Source: an uncultured Gammaproteobacteria bacterium
GTDB taxonomy: Bacteria; Patescibacteriota; Patescibacteriia; UBA9934; GWF2-40-263
DNA length: 37,309 nucleotides
Assembly (NCBI GenBank): GCA_964538435.1
Contig: CAZIDX010000005.1
Coordinates: 35,802-73,110, forward strand
Reading direction: 5' to 3'
The notes under the pieces are model-generated. The model saw nothing but the letters and a program-made list of their open reading frames with translations, was not told where the DNA came from and did no database searches. Positions 36,159 through 37,309 of this stretch are shown here, in pieces (the stretch's first letter is position 1; each line of letters begins with the position of its first letter). A program made the translations under genes and the position numbers.

Positions 36159-37169
36159 TTATGTAGACGGGACAGCTGTGAGGGTGGTTGTTCCTGTGCA
36201 CACTCCAGATACATCGTACTCTGGAATCTCAATATTCCAGTACAGCTTTTTTGAAATGATGGTATCAAGGCGATATCCAATGTTGATATCTGCAAGTTTT
36301 GGGTTTTGCGAATCGGTTGATAGAACCCTGTCTGGATTTGTTATGGCAGCATGCCCAAGATCAGCTGTTGACCACTTGATGTTTGACCCTGGAATCGTTC
36401 CAGTGTTTGAGCAAGGCATGTCAGATCCGTAAATGTTAATGTCGGCGATATCATTCCCGCGCTGGTTGATATCAAGCTCCACATTGTTTGCCAAAGTGGT
36501 TTTTGCACCCTGCGCCATGGTTCCCCAGTCAATTGTTGACGGGAAGTCGAGAGCGAGAAGTGTGTCAATATCAATTGTGGCAGTTTGTGTTGTTGCAGAA
36601 CCCAACTGATCTGTCACAGTAATTGTTGCTGTCCAGTCTCCACCATCCTCACGACCACCTGTTCGTGTGGAGTTTGTCCAGTATCCGAGGTTGATTGAGC
36701 AGTCGTAATCCAGCGAGTCTGCGTCCTTATTTTGTGTTGAGCATGTACTTACTCGAAAACAGTTGTTTACATCACTAGAGCAAAGGGCGTTTACAGACTC
36801 AGGGGACCAGAATGATGCTTCGACTTTGCTGATATCTGAGTCACCATTTGTGTCAGAAACTGTTCCTGAGATGTGAAACTCTGTATCGACTCCTGCGGTA
36901 AGTGTGATAATCCCATCCCCCTCATTCGTGCTCAACCGATAAGTGCCAGGCCCTGTGTTGAAGTAGACTGTGTCAACAGAAGGGTTTGCGTTTGCAACCC
37001 CAGCTGATGAGTTGATCTGATCGGCTTGTGAATTTGTACTCACCAAAGAAATGGCGACAAAAATCGTAATGGCAAGAAGTGCCGCACCCAGCACCCAATG
37101 AAGCGCGCTTGAGTTGTTTGATTCGGTCATATGACTGTTGTTTTGTAACATAAAACTCCTCAAATGCAT
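36159..37169 (-). CDS. secreted Thr/Gly/Asp-rich protein, paralog 2
   Basis: Tandem paralog of the previous gene. N-terminal TM anchor. Confidence 0.6.
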   Translation of the reverse strand: MHLRSFMLQNNSHMTESNNSSALHWVLGAALLAITIFVAISLVSTNSQADQINSSAGVANANPSVDTVYFNTGPGTYRLSTNEGDGIITLTAGVDTEFHISGTVSDTNGDSDISKVEASFWSPESVNALCSSDVNNCFRVSTCSTQNKDADSLDYDCSINLGYWTNSTRTGGREDGGDWTATITVTDQLGSATTQTATIDIDTLLALDFPSTIDWGTMAQGAKTTLANNVELDINQRGNDIADINIYGSDMPCSNTGTIPGSNIKWSTADLGHAAITNPDRVLSTDSQNPKLADINIGYRLDTIISKKLYWNIEIPEYDVSGVCTGTTTLTAVPST

Positions 37170-37195
37170 TTTAGCATAGCTCAGCCGAAAAAAAA

Positions 37196-37232
37196 CAAAA
37201 ACACCCAGGGTTATCCCCGGGTGTTTCCTTTT
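37196..37232. terminator. bidirectional terminator
   Basis: ACACCCAGGG-TTAT-CCCCGGGTGT, with TTTTGTTTTTTTT on the minus strand. Confidence 0.6.
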
Positions 37233-37234
37233 GT

Positions 37235-37309
37235 CTATTGTGCAGGCGGTGCTGGAGGTGCAGGTGGAGCAGCTGGTGGCTGCGGTGGAGCTGCAGGCGG
37301 TGCTGGAGG
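37235..37309 (-). CDS. 3' end of a gene with Pro/Ala-rich C-terminus (partial, continues beyond the window)
   Basis: Reverse complement encodes ...PPAPPAAPPQPPAAPPAPPAPPAQ* with stop at 37235-37237. Confidence 0.5.
   Translation of the reverse strand, partial: PPAPPAAPPQPPAAPPAPPAPPAQ

Overview
Mosaic window. The backbone is moderate-GC (about 42-50%) and looks like a Candidate Phyla Radiation (Patescibacteria) chromosome. Backbone genes: a stand-alone 16S rRNA gene with CPR-type primer-site variants and its own terminator; tRNA-Ile(GAU) and tRNA-Phe(GAA); rpsP; rlmN; trmD; pyrD; a KH-domain protein; a complete minus-strand type IV pilus cluster (pilT, pilA, pilB, pilC, four prepilin-like genes); a histidine kinase with two single-domain receivers; a FIST-domain protein; two tandem paralogous secreted proteins. 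Four high-GC (about 56-62%) blocks interrupt this backbone. (1) About 60-4415: seven small minus-strand ORFs, each separated by conserved paired imperfect-palindrome spacer modules, giving a gene-cassette-array-like layout. (2) About 6950-13500: a short bacterial major vault protein (MVP) homolog, MTA/SAH nucleosidase, an AAA_5-type ATPase with a co-translated partner, and hypotheticals. (3) About 19990-22270: lipoprotein and secreted-protein genes split by a low-GC wHTH/Cas2-like gene that is flanked by perfect 34-bp direct repeats. (4) About 32760-33470: one gene with its own promoter and terminator. Non-coding content includes an apparently orphan SAM-I riboswitch with terminator, two copies of a roughly 100-nt structured hairpin element showing compensatory changes, and two copies of an 11-bp terminal-inverted-repeat element, one of which sits on the mtnN ribosome-binding site. 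No CRISPR array, integrase or transposase gene is visible in the window.
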